Source: an uncultured Gammaproteobacteria bacterium | Lineage (GTDB): Bacteria > Patescibacteriota > Microgenomatia > Daviesbacterales > UBA10151 | Assembly: GCA_964636275.1 (NCBI GenBank) | Contig: CAZWRN010000003.1 | Location: 4,423 to 68,422 of the forward strand | Length of the DNA: 64,000 nt | Direction of reading: 5' to 3' | Shown: one piece after another, positions 49,384-58,929 of the stretch | Layout of the letters: each line of letters begins with the position of its first letter | How positions within the stretch are numbered: position 1 is the stretch's first letter | Notes under the pieces: model-generated | The model's database searches: none | What the model saw: only the letters and a program-made list of their open reading frames with translations | What the model was told of the DNA's origin: nothing | Made by a program: the position numbers and the translations under genes

Positions 49384-51015
49384 TTAATGTTTTTTGAGAT
49401 ACGCTAGAGCATCTTCTGTAGATTTGAAAACCAGATGCTGTTTTTTAAGATCATTGTAGCCCTCACACTCTCTGGCTAGTACTTTAACTACCTGATTGTT
49501 GATACTTGAGATCAAAACTTTTTTCCCTTGTTCATGAACGATATCTATTATTTCATCCAAAGCATCAACTCCGTCAGTATCAATAAAATGTAGCTCTCTA
49601 AGGCGCAAAATGACGTTTTTATACCCATTTAGACCGGTGCTGAACCTTGCAACGTGTGCATGTCCATTGATATAAGCTAATGCTCCATTAAAAGAATAAA
49701 CCAGAGTATCATGCTCCGCGATAGCTGACAGCTCTGTTTCCTCTGTCAAGCGTTTGACGACACCTTTTTTATGATCGTTGATAGTCACTTCATATTGACC
49801 CTGAGATATTTTATTAACAAAAATCAGCAGTGATATAGTCGTACCTACTAAGATACCAATCAAAGGATCTGCATAAATAGTGATTGCAAAAACAATCAAA
49901 GCTAGCCCCAAACCCCATTTATCATGTCTAATCAAACTTTTTAATTCATGAACTTCAATCATCCTTACTGCCGCAAAAACTAAAATTGCCGCGATCACCG
50001 CCATCGGAATGTATTTGAAAAATCCAAGTAAAAAGACGCAGATCACAGCAATCGAAACAGAGCTGATGATAGCTGAGACATTGCTGGTAGCGCCTGATTT
50101 GGCATTGACCGAAGTTCTCGCCAAAGCCGCTGTGGCCGGAATCCCTCCCATCAGACCAGACGCAATATTAGCCAGACCCAAACCAAACATCTCTTTTCGA
50201 GGTTTGTGCTTGGTTTTGGTCATCCCATCGGCAATTTTGGCTGAGATCATCGTTTCTAATATAGCTACCACCGCCACTGTCACAGCAGCCGATAAAACAG
50301 AATAATCAATAAAAAATTTGGGAGCTGTAAACAATGTTAACTGCAAATCCCCATACCGTGAACCCAAAGTCTCCAAACTAAATGGCAGTAAATGCATAGT
50401 CGTCAGATATCCTAAAGCGATACCAAATGGAGTCAGTGTGATCGCTCCAGGCACTTTTTTCATATATTTGGCCAAAATAAACAACCCTGCTAAAAAGATC
50501 GCAAATACAGCCACTGAACTCAAAGAAGATTGCGACAGATGAAGAAGCGATTCTTTGACATTTTCCAAAAAATGTTCATGTTTTTCAAGACCTGACAGAC
50601 CAAAAATAAAATTTAGCTGATTGAATGCAATGATAAACGCTACACCCAGCGTAAACCCTTGAATGGTGGATCCTGGGACATAATTTAAAAACTTTTCCAA
50701 TCTCAAAAGATATGACACTAATATCAGCACACCGGAAACAATTGCCAAAGTTGGCAGAGTATCTGCACCGTGAATAATGGCAAAAGTGCCTAAAATACCG
50801 GAGAGTGCCCCAGTCGGACCAATAATATTGTAATTACTCCCTCCAAAGATAGCTGCCACCAAACCTGCCCAGACTGCAGTTATAATTCCCGCCAAAGGAG
50901 AAGTTTGAGAGGCAATTGCCAAGGATATCGATAAAGGGATCGACACCAAAGAGACAGTAATCCCCGACTTCCAGTTTTGTTTCAATCGAGCCAAAAACAA
51001 ATCAATTTTATCCAT
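49384..51015 (-). CDS. SulP-family anion (sulfate/bicarbonate) transporter with a C-terminal STAS domain
   Basis: SulP N-terminal signature (GITVSLVSIPLSISLAIAS) and STAS-like tail. Confidence 0.85.
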   Translation of the reverse strand: MDKIDLFLARLKQNWKSGITVSLVSIPLSISLAIASQTSPLAGIITAVWAGLVAAIFGGSNYNIIGPTGALSGILGTFAIIHGADTLPTLAIVSGVLILVSYLLRLEKFLNYVPGSTIQGFTLGVAFIIAFNQLNFIFGLSGLEKHEHFLENVKESLLHLSQSSLSSVAVFAIFLAGLFILAKYMKKVPGAITLTPFGIALGYLTTMHLLPFSLETLGSRYGDLQLTLFTAPKFFIDYSVLSAAVTVAVVAILETMISAKIADGMTKTKHKPRKEMFGLGLANIASGLMGGIPATAALARTSVNAKSGATSNVSAIISSVSIAVICVFLLGFFKYIPMAVIAAILVFAAVRMIEVHELKSLIRHDKWGLGLALIVFAITIYADPLIGILVGTTISLLIFVNKISQGQYEVTINDHKKGVVKRLTEETELSAIAEHDTLVYSFNGALAYINGHAHVARFSTGLNGYKNVILRLRELHFIDTDGVDALDEIIDIVHEQGKKVLISSINNQVVKVLARECEGYNDLKKQHLVFKSTEDALAYLKKH

Positions 51016-51247
51016 AATGTATTTAAATGATTTAAGTTAAGATTTAATCCGGTGATTACTCAGAGGGTTAAAAGACACTACAAAAAACAATCAGTTTTAC
51101 TTCCTGCAGATGTCCAAACACCTGCAATTTGCAATTTTAACAAGATAATTCTTACATTTCAATCTGGCTAAAATAGAGGTGACAAATAGTTTATCTGGTG
51201 ATACTATACGCAGAAGTTAATCAAAAAACTGGCGATTATTGATATTT

Positions 51248-53191
51248 ATGGAAAAACACACTATCATCGGCACAATTTTATTTTTCTGCCTTTTTTTTAC
51301 TCTGAGTTCACTATTTCAGCTTTTTAGTAATAAAACCAGTTTTCCATATACAGTAGCACTACTTCTTGGTGGACTATCCACTCAATTTTTTTTCAAAATT
51401 TTCGGTATTCATGCTGATTTTACTCTGGATCCAAATTTTATTTATTTCATCCTTCTGCCTTTATTGCTATTTGAAGCTGGAATGAAAATTGATATTCATC
51501 AGTTTAGATTGCAGTTTTGGACGATCACGTTTATGTCTACTTTTGGACTATTAATCTCGATGTTTGTAGTCGGACTGGGACTTTTTTACCTACTCGGATT
51601 TCCTTTGGAAGTAGCCTTGCTTTTCGGAGCTCTGATTTCGGCAACTGATCCAATAGCTGTATTGTCGATATTCAAAAGTCTGGGGGCTCCTAAAAGATTA
51701 TCTTTGGTAGCTGATGGTGAAAGTATGTTTAACGATGCAACAGCAGTGATTGCATTTAAGGTTGTGGCAGTTTTTGCTTTAGGGACAGTGGTTCATGCCT
51801 CTCAACACCCTTTATTTACTTTATGGCAGTTTAACTATGTCTTCTTTGGCAGTATTTTAGTAGGAGGGCTTTGCGGCTGGCTAGCATCGGAACTAATTAA
51901 ACGTATCAAAAATGATCCAGTCGTAGAATCTACGATTACACTGACTCTGGCTCTCGGTTCATTTATGTTAGGTGACCATCTGATTCATCTCTCAGGAGTA
52001 ATTACCTCAGTTTCTGCAGCCCTTATTTTTGGTCAGTTCAGTAAGACTCGCATCTCACGCGGTGTTAAACATTTTGTACATGAACTATGGAATTATATCT
52101 CTTATATCTCAGTCTCGTTGGTATTTTTCTTTGCAGCTTTTCAGCTAAATATTTCTCAAATTCTAAACCAGTTGCCATCACTTCCCTACGTTATTGGGTT
52201 GGTTTTACTAGGCCGAGCTATTTCTGTCTATGTTAGTTTTGCCATTACCAATCGGGCCAAAATTTTCAATTCTGAGCCGGATATCCCCCTCAGTTGGCAG
52301 CATATCTTAAATTGGGGTGGTTTACGTGGAGTAATTCCTTTGGTTTTAGCTTATACTCTACCTTTTGATTTTGCCTATCGAGAAGTCATTATCAGCTTCA
52401 CCCTAGCTTCATTTATATTTACTTTACTGATTAATGCGTTAACAATTCGCTGGCTTCTTGTTAAGCTAAGACTGCATTTACCCAAAAAAGAAGAAGAGAT
52501 CAATCAAACAGAAAAAAAACTCTATCAACTTGAACAAAAATTACTTACTTTATCTTATATTCCTGATAAAAAAATTAAACATTTAACTGAAGACAAATTG
52601 ATACAAGAAATTCAAGCTCAAAAGAAATATTTAGCTACTCAAACTGATCTAACACTGCTAAAACTTGCCTTCTCACTTCAAGCTCTGGATATCATTCGTA
52701 CCAAACTACAATTACTCTATGACGACGGGTTTATTAATGAAGGAGTTCTGATCGAATATGAAGCTCAACTTGATCTACAACAAGATAGCCTAGAATATCC
52801 TGATGTCTACTCAGGTCGAGGTTTTAACCAAGGCCGCTTACCAAATCGTAAATTATTTAGACAGCGAGTCATTTTCTGGCGACAACTAATTAAAAACTAT
52901 CCAATCTTTAAACTATTCTTTAAAAATACCGAAGATGAAGTAATAACTGAACGAATTATGATGCTTAAAGCTAAAGATATCTGTGCTCAAATAGTTTTAC
53001 GCTATCTAAATCGATTAAAAACCGTATTTAAGACCAGTAAACAGGTATTAGTGTTAATTAAGGAAATTGAATCAGACTACAGTCAAAGATCACAGGAATA
53101 CCAAACTGATTTAGCAGACTTAGCATCAAAATATGATTTACTCTTCAGTAAATACCAAAAAAACATCGCTTCTCAAATTGTTTATTCATAA
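51248..53191 (+). CDS. CPA1-family Na+(K+)/H+ antiporter (NhaP-type) with a long cytoplasmic C-terminal domain
   Basis: 10-12 TM segments and a SATDPIAVL-type motif. Confidence 0.8.
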   Translation: MEKHTIIGTILFFCLFFTLSSLFQLFSNKTSFPYTVALLLGGLSTQFFFKIFGIHADFTLDPNFIYFILLPLLLFEAGMKIDIHQFRLQFWTITFMSTFGLLISMFVVGLGLFYLLGFPLEVALLFGALISATDPIAVLSIFKSLGAPKRLSLVADGESMFNDATAVIAFKVVAVFALGTVVHASQHPLFTLWQFNYVFFGSILVGGLCGWLASELIKRIKNDPVVESTITLTLALGSFMLGDHLIHLSGVITSVSAALIFGQFSKTRISRGVKHFVHELWNYISYISVSLVFFFAAFQLNISQILNQLPSLPYVIGLVLLGRAISVYVSFAITNRAKIFNSEPDIPLSWQHILNWGGLRGVIPLVLAYTLPFDFAYREVIISFTLASFIFTLLINALTIRWLLVKLRLHLPKKEEEINQTEKKLYQLEQKLLTLSYIPDKKIKHLTEDKLIQEIQAQKKYLATQTDLTLLKLAFSLQALDIIRTKLQLLYDDGFINEGVLIEYEAQLDLQQDSLEYPDVYSGRGFNQGRLPNRKLFRQRVIFWRQLIKNYPIFKLFFKNTEDEVITERIMMLKAKDICAQIVLRYLNRLKTVFKTSKQVLVLIKEIESDYSQRSQEYQTDLADLASKYDLLFSKYQKNIASQIVYS

Positions 53192-53754
53192 TTGAGTTTA
53201 TTTTTTATAATCTCAACAATTTCCGGAAATTCCAGCTTATTGATCGGATAACCATAGTGTTGCTGATTGGTATCTTCAATATATTCACTTGCCAAATTCT
53301 TTTGAACAAATCTAGCCTCTTCAATTGGGATCAAAGGGTCATCAGTTGAATGAAACTGAACTATCCACTTTTGATTGGTACGAATCTTCTCCCATTGCCA
53401 CGGTGTATCATAGTAGCCACTTATTCTTTCACTCGCCATTCCAAGATCAGTATGACAGGCTGATACTAAAATCGTTCCCAATAATTGATGACTTTCAGCA
53501 TATCTCATGGCAGCCACAGCACCAGAAGAGTGACCAATCAATATTGTATCTTCATCAGCACCCAGCTTTTCCAAAAAAGGCAGCCAATACTCTTTTCTAG
53601 CAAAAACCGGATCAGGGAAATTTTGTGAGATTACCTGAATTCCAGCTTTTTCCAGCTCTTTTTTAACCCAAGGAAACCAACTATCTGGAGCATTAATATC
53701 CCCTCCCCCATTTCCAGGGATAAAAATTACTTTAACCAGATCACGATTTGTCAT
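53182..53754 (-). CDS. serine hydrolase of the RBBP9/YdeN alpha/beta-hydrolase family
   Basis: IPGNGGG ... GHSSGA nucleophile; 190 aa. Confidence 0.6.
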   Translation of the reverse strand: MTNRDLVKVIFIPGNGGGDINAPDSWFPWVKKELEKAGIQVISQNFPDPVFARKEYWLPFLEKLGADEDTILIGHSSGAVAAMRYAESHQLLGTILVSACHTDLGMASERISGYYDTPWQWEKIRTNQKWIVQFHSTDDPLIPIEEARFVQKNLASEYIEDTNQQHYGYPINKLEFPEIVEIIKNKLNYE

Positions 53755-53829
53755 TTATCGATTATACCAGCTTCAGTCTTTATACTACCCTCTTGTAAGC
53801 CGTTTAGCCTTTCATGTTACACTTTATAT

Positions 53830-54426
53830 GTGGATGAACTGCTCAGCACCCTCAAAGAAAAATCCATAATTCGCTCTTATATCATCTCAGAGTCACTGAT
53901 CTGGTCGGCTTGGAATGCAGTATTTCCTATTATGGCTATTTACATCACTTCCAAAGTGACTGGTGGAACTATTGAATCAGCAGGTATCGCTTACAGTATT
54001 CATTTAGTTTTTAGGGTCATTTTTGAGCTTTCGGTTGGAAAAATTTTACACAATGCTACAGACCGCAAAAAGTTTGCCATCTCAGTAATTGGTTTGACAC
54101 TAATGAGTATTGCTTACGCGGGTTTTGTTTTCTCCAAAAATATCTGGTTCGTTTTTGGTCTTTACGCTATGCTTGGAACAGGAATAGGTATCGCCAGCCC
54201 AGCCAAAAACAGTTTATTTGCTATGCATCTAGACAAGCATAAATCAGCCGGCCAATGGGCTTCCTACGATGCCATCACTTTTTTATGTACCGCCATCGCC
54301 TCAGCAGTCGGAGGAATGTTTGCCACCAAATTTGGCTTTGATGCCCTTTTTGCAGTAGTAGCTCTACTAAATTTTCTGGGGATTATTCCTTACATCTATA
54401 AAAAACACGTTTTGGAGTATATTTAA
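53830..54426 (+). CDS. 6-TM membrane protein resembling the C-terminal half of an MFS transporter (GTG start); possibly a gene fragment
   Basis: Six hydrophobic helices, an MFS-like inter-helix loop, weak start codon, and no N-terminal half nearby. Confidence 0.4.
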   Translation: MDELLSTLKEKSIIRSYIISESLIWSAWNAVFPIMAIYITSKVTGGTIESAGIAYSIHLVFRVIFELSVGKILHNATDRKKFAISVIGLTLMSIAYAGFVFSKNIWFVFGLYAMLGTGIGIASPAKNSLFAMHLDKHKSAGQWASYDAITFLCTAIASAVGGMFATKFGFDALFAVVALLNFLGIIPYIYKKHVLEYI

Positions 54427-54475
54427 ACGAAAAGCACAATTTGCTAAACAAAATACCTTATAGTATAATTAAATC

Positions 54476-55369
54476 GTGTCATCCCCTGATTTTAAAAAAA
54501 CACTTCCCATCTCTATTTCCACTGATATCAGAGGAGGCTTAGGTTCAGCTGAACAAAGACTGTTTCAAATTGCTGAAGCAGGATTTACTCATGTTTTATG
54601 GTGTCACTACTCTGGTCGGGAAGATTATAACTACAGTAAAACAGAAATCCAAGGAATTAAGCAAAATTTAAGAGATTCAGGTTTACAGTTACTAGATCTT
54701 CATGCCCCTCGTGGTTCTAATGATCAATGGACATCACTGGTAGAAGAAGAACGCCTAGCTGGAGTGAATACAGTAGCCAATCGAATGAGAATGACCGCTG
54801 AACTAGGTGGAGGGGTTGTCATGAATCACTGGTATCCACAGCCAATGGTTAACACTCCCGAACTGGCTACTGCTTATTGGGATGCTTCTAGAAGAACATT
54901 TGATGATTTAGAAAAAGTTAGTCGTGAAACAGGTGTAAAGTTAGCAACTGAAAATATGGATGATGAAATCGATACATTTCCCTATTTAAAAACCCTTTTC
55001 AACTTATATTCCCCAGAGTATTTAGGACTTTGCTATGATTCAGGGCATGGAAATATCCACGGAGACGGTATAGACCGTTTAGAAGAGGTTTCAGATCGAT
55101 TAATTTCTGTCCATTTAGGTGACAACTATGGTTTTCAGCGTGATTCAAGCCGTGGCGATCATCACACCTTACCATTTGACGGAACAGTCGATTGGGATAA
55201 ATTAACTACAGCTGTAGCTAACTCAGCCTACAAAGGACCAGCTAGTTTTGAACTCTTAATGCGGAAATATCCTGATATGGAAGTCGAAGCGTATCTTGCA
55301 GAAGCCTATAAAAGATCAATGATCCCCACACAGATGTTAGAAGATAAACGTCAATTATTAACTAAATAA
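54476..55369 (+). CDS. sugar-phosphate isomerase/epimerase (xylose-isomerase-like TIM barrel)
   Basis: TIM-barrel metal-binding pattern (E...D...H...E) with HLGDN. Confidence 0.65.
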   Translation: MSSPDFKKTLPISISTDIRGGLGSAEQRLFQIAEAGFTHVLWCHYSGREDYNYSKTEIQGIKQNLRDSGLQLLDLHAPRGSNDQWTSLVEEERLAGVNTVANRMRMTAELGGGVVMNHWYPQPMVNTPELATAYWDASRRTFDDLEKVSRETGVKLATENMDDEIDTFPYLKTLFNLYSPEYLGLCYDSGHGNIHGDGIDRLEEVSDRLISVHLGDNYGFQRDSSRGDHHTLPFDGTVDWDKLTTAVANSAYKGPASFELLMRKYPDMEVEAYLAEAYKRSMIPTQMLEDKRQLLTK

Positions 55370-56083
55370 AAAGTTAGCTTTGGCGTAATCTTCGTGAGTG
55401 TCTATTTCCACCCAATTTAAACCAGTTATATCTGCAGCTCCGAAAGGAATACCTTTTTCTACCAAAGTAGTGTAAGTATCGTCATAATATTCTTTCCAAT
55501 TGGCAGTATCTTGCATCAGTTTTTCTAGTTCATCAAAGAAGACTTTCCCACCCTCTGGACCTAGCTTTTCAATACCTATAGATTCACCAGATGCTTTATG
55601 TGGATCGAGTTTTTTACCAACTTCCAGTACCTGACCTTTATCATCAAGTGTCACTTTCACTTCTTCAGCTTCTAGATTGATATTGGTATCAATACAAAGA
55701 CAATTTTCAAATGGATTGGAAATCAATTTTTCTAAGACAGCTTTTTCAAACACTACATCACCGTCAAATTTGAGGAAAGTATCATTGCCAACAAAATCCC
55801 TGGCTAAAAGAACTGAATAACCAGTATTGGTGTCTAAATATTTATCGTTATGAATAAAAGTAGTTTTTAAACTAGGGAAATTTTCTTTAACAAAGTTTTG
55901 AATATCATCTGCTCTGTATCCTGTGATAAAAGCCACTTCTTCAATTCCTACAGCCTGAATATTCTCCAGCATTCTTTGTAGGATTGGTTTACCACCACCT
56001 ACTTTAAGGAGTGTTTTATGATTATTGTCAGTCAAAGGACGAATCCTTGAACCAATCCCAGCAACAAGTATTACAGCTTTCAT
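55358..56083 (-). CDS. LicC-family CTP:phospho-(alcohol/phosphonate) cytidylyltransferase
   Basis: MKAVILVAGIGSRIRPLT ... FIHNDKY ... VEIDTHEDY. Recalled resemblance to pneumococcal LicC, not computed. Confidence 0.7.
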   Translation of the reverse strand: MKAVILVAGIGSRIRPLTDNNHKTLLKVGGGKPILQRMLENIQAVGIEEVAFITGYRADDIQNFVKENFPSLKTTFIHNDKYLDTNTGYSVLLARDFVGNDTFLKFDGDVVFEKAVLEKLISNPFENCLCIDTNINLEAEEVKVTLDDKGQVLEVGKKLDPHKASGESIGIEKLGPEGGKVFFDELEKLMQDTANWKEYYDDTYTTLVEKGIPFGAADITGLNWVEIDTHEDYAKANFLFS

Positions 56084-56132
56084 AATTCGAAATATTATAC
56101 TTCCAAATGGCCAAAGCTACAAGATTATATTC

Positions 56133-56933
56133 TTATTTACGCATTGGAAGTAGCAATCTATCCGACTGTGTATGGGTCTGGTAACCTCTTTCGGCAAGCC
56201 TAAATAGCCCAACAATGATATTTATGACAGTAAAAAGTAACAAGGCTATATCCAGTCTGTTAAAAATAGCAGCAATTGCTGTCAGAAAAATAAACTCTCC
56301 TTCATCAAGTAAAAAGATAATCCGATTTTTAAGCCACAAACTTTTCAACCATCCACCAGCTGTTTTCCGTAGATCAGCATGCATTTTTTGATACTTTTCA
56401 TACAAATCAAGTCTTATAGCTTTACTTTTTTTCAAATAATCAGGATCATCAGCAAACCCAGAATAAACTGTTTCTAGCTTGATGTAATATCTGAACATAA
56501 AAAAGAAACAAGATGTAAATCCAGCAATTATCCACAAAACATTGCCTGTTTGAAAATAAACTGCCAAACTAAGCGCTAAATTTATCTGATAAATTTTTAA
56601 TACATCAAGAGTTTTATCTAAATAATTACCAATTAAAGAAGATAACTTTTTAGTTCTAGCTAACTGACCATCCATACAATCTAATATATAAGATGCTGGA
56701 AATAGAAAAGCTGCAACATATAAATGATATGGCAAATCAGCAACCAAAAGGACACAAGCAATGACATGAAATCCATAAGATACCAAAGTTAGTAAATTTG
56801 GAGTTATAAAATTGAAAGGAGTAACTACTGGGATCAAACTATTGGCTAGTTTAGGCATAAATTGATCAACCCAATTGCTAAAATAATGTGGTTCTATAAT
56901 AAAAGGTGCTTGAGTAGTTTTTTTGGTATCCAT
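56133..56933 (-). CDS. CDP-alcohol phosphatidyltransferase-family membrane enzyme
   Basis: D-G-x2-AR...G-x3-D-x3-D signature in ILDCMDGQLARTKK...GNYLDKTLD; polytopic. Confidence 0.75.
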   Translation of the reverse strand: MDTKKTTQAPFIIEPHYFSNWVDQFMPKLANSLIPVVTPFNFITPNLLTLVSYGFHVIACVLLVADLPYHLYVAAFLFPASYILDCMDGQLARTKKLSSLIGNYLDKTLDVLKIYQINLALSLAVYFQTGNVLWIIAGFTSCFFFMFRYYIKLETVYSGFADDPDYLKKSKAIRLDLYEKYQKMHADLRKTAGGWLKSLWLKNRIIFLLDEGEFIFLTAIAAIFNRLDIALLLFTVINIIVGLFRLAERGYQTHTQSDRLLLPMRK

Positions 56934-56938
56934 AAGGA

Positions 56939-58129
56939 TTAATTATACAATGAGGAGTTATCTTTAAACCGTGAAGGATGTTTTGACAGATTATTAACCA
57001 TCTGATTAACTGGAGTTCTATATTGATTGATAACTGTTTCAAAAGCAACTTTAAATTCCTGAATTTGATCAAAAGTAATTTCTCCAATACTGGCTATCTG
57101 GAAAACTTTATCTTTTAACGGACCTTTTCCTTCATATATCACAAATCCAAGCGATTTAAGCGCATTTTTTAAATCAGAAGCCAGCAAATAATCAGGTAAG
57201 CTAAATGTTGTTAACATAGAAGACATCAGATACTTTGAATCAAGCAATGGATGTATATCCATTTGCTTTAAAGTTTTTCTGATTAAAAGAGCTTTCTTTC
57301 TTAAATCAGCTCTTAAATTTTCAACTTTGTTTATTAAAATATTATTTAGTGCCTGTTCCAGAGCACCAAACAACTGAACTGCCGGAGTATTTGGAGTTTG
57401 TTTTAAATCTTTAGCGTAACGATAAAATTTATATAAATTAAGATATGCTGTTCTTGGTGGAATATCTTTGATAGATTCAAAAGATTTATTTTTTCCAATC
57501 ACAATTGATAAACCGGGAATTGAACCTAAAGCTTTTGAAGAAGAAGTAGTTAAAAAATCAATATTCGAATCTTCAATTTCAATTTTGTCAACACCAGCGC
57601 TACTTACAGCATCAACATGAAACATAAGGCCAAATTCTTTAACTATTTTTCCGACTTTAAAAATCGGATTTAACATTCCTGTTGATGTTTCATGATGAAC
57701 CATAGAAATCATCTCAATATTATTCTCTTTAACAAATTTTCGGATCTGAGAAAGATTAAAAGGTGTTCCCCATTCAAGTTTAATTTGAAAAGTATTTGGG
57801 TTATGAATTCTCGAAATATCTCCCAACCTTTGACCAAATTCCCCATTAGAGATGATTAATATCTTCTTTTGTCCGACCACAGAAGAAAGTACTGCCTCAT
57901 TTGAAGCACTACCAGAACCGGTAATGATAACCGACTGATATTTACTTTGCTCTCTAATTTCAAAAACATCTAACAATTTACTATTGACACTTTTGAAGAG
58001 GACTGAAAACTCTTTCTCTCTGTGACCAATCTCCAAAGTAGCAACAACCTGTCGAACATTTTCAGCCACGTTTACAGGCCCTGGGCAAAAAAGTTTATGT
58101 GATGATTTTAAATACATTGTTGTTTTCAT
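56939..58129 (-). CDS. class V aminotransferase most similar to 2-aminoethylphosphonate:pyruvate transaminase (PhnW)
   Basis: PGP..., ITGSGSASNEAV, MVHHETSTGMLNPI, TTSSSKALGSIPGL, FVIYEGKG. Resemblance to PhnW is recalled by eye, not computed. Confidence 0.6.
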   Translation of the reverse strand: MKTTMYLKSSHKLFCPGPVNVAENVRQVVATLEIGHREKEFSVLFKSVNSKLLDVFEIREQSKYQSVIITGSGSASNEAVLSSVVGQKKILIISNGEFGQRLGDISRIHNPNTFQIKLEWGTPFNLSQIRKFVKENNIEMISMVHHETSTGMLNPIFKVGKIVKEFGLMFHVDAVSSAGVDKIEIEDSNIDFLTTSSSKALGSIPGLSIVIGKNKSFESIKDIPPRTAYLNLYKFYRYAKDLKQTPNTPAVQLFGALEQALNNILINKVENLRADLRKKALLIRKTLKQMDIHPLLDSKYLMSSMLTTFSLPDYLLASDLKNALKSLGFVIYEGKGPLKDKVFQIASIGEITFDQIQEFKVAFETVINQYRTPVNQMVNNLSKHPSRFKDNSSLYN

Positions 58130-58468
58130 AGTCTTATAGTTATTTACTTCAGGATACTACAAGTTAGAATTGTACACCCTTTGTAAGCTTTTGTCTAGTC
58201 TATGTCTGGTTTATGTCTAAAAAATAGTTTGTAAAAAAACTTCAGCTTATTCTCAGCTAATATCTTTATTATCAAAATGGTCAAACTATTAAATCCTAAA
58301 ACAAATAACCTCGAAGAGTCAGCTTGTACTTCCTCACTTTTTTTGGGGAGCCGCTAGTTGGCTTTCTTTTTGACTGTAAAAATATTATACACCTCTTATG
58401 CAAGTCCCTGCTTTAGCCTCAAAAGATAAAGATTGAATTGCAACTCCAAATTTATTACACTACACTCC

Positions 58469-58906
58469 ATGGCTGAACTAATTCCGTCAGGAAGCAAGGT
58501 TTCCTTACATTTAAAAATTGTTACACCAGAGTCTCAAGTTCGGGATGAAATGGTTGATCAAGTCAACGTTGCGACCACTCAAGGAGAGATTGGTATTCTT
58601 CCCCATCATGCTGATTTGATCTCAAAAATTGTTCCGGGAGAACTCAAAATCAAAAAAGGCTCTAAAGTCGAATATTTTGCCACAGGTGACGGTTTTTTGC
58701 AGGTGACAAATAATGTTTTGACAATCATGACTGATCTAGCTGAATCCGCTGCCTCTATTGACGAGCGGGCTGTTGAACAGGCGAAAAAACGCGCCGAAGA
58801 AGCTTTGGAACAAAAACTTGGCGATGAAGAATACGCTGAAACACTGGCTATTTTGGAAAAATCTCTAGCTCAGCTCAAAGTTAAGCGACGCCACCGCAAT
58901 ATTTAG
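58469..58906 (+). CDS. atpC: F0F1 ATP synthase subunit epsilon, about 11.6 kb from the rest of the atp operon
   Basis: TTQGEIGILPHHADLI ... DERAVEQAKKRAEEAL ... AQLKV; start trimmed to MAELIPS. Confidence 0.85.
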   Translation: MAELIPSGSKVSLHLKIVTPESQVRDEMVDQVNVATTQGEIGILPHHADLISKIVPGELKIKKGSKVEYFATGDGFLQVTNNVLTIMTDLAESAASIDERAVEQAKKRAEEALEQKLGDEEYAETLAILEKSLAQLKVKRRHRNI

Positions 58907-58929
58907 CTTCTGATCCGTTGTAGATTCAT

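Noticed and set aside
54476-55369. Assigning the TIM-barrel isomerase a specific substrate such as hydroxypyruvate or a ketose.
   Set aside because: Only the fold-level signature is visible. Specificity cannot be read from the sequence by eye.
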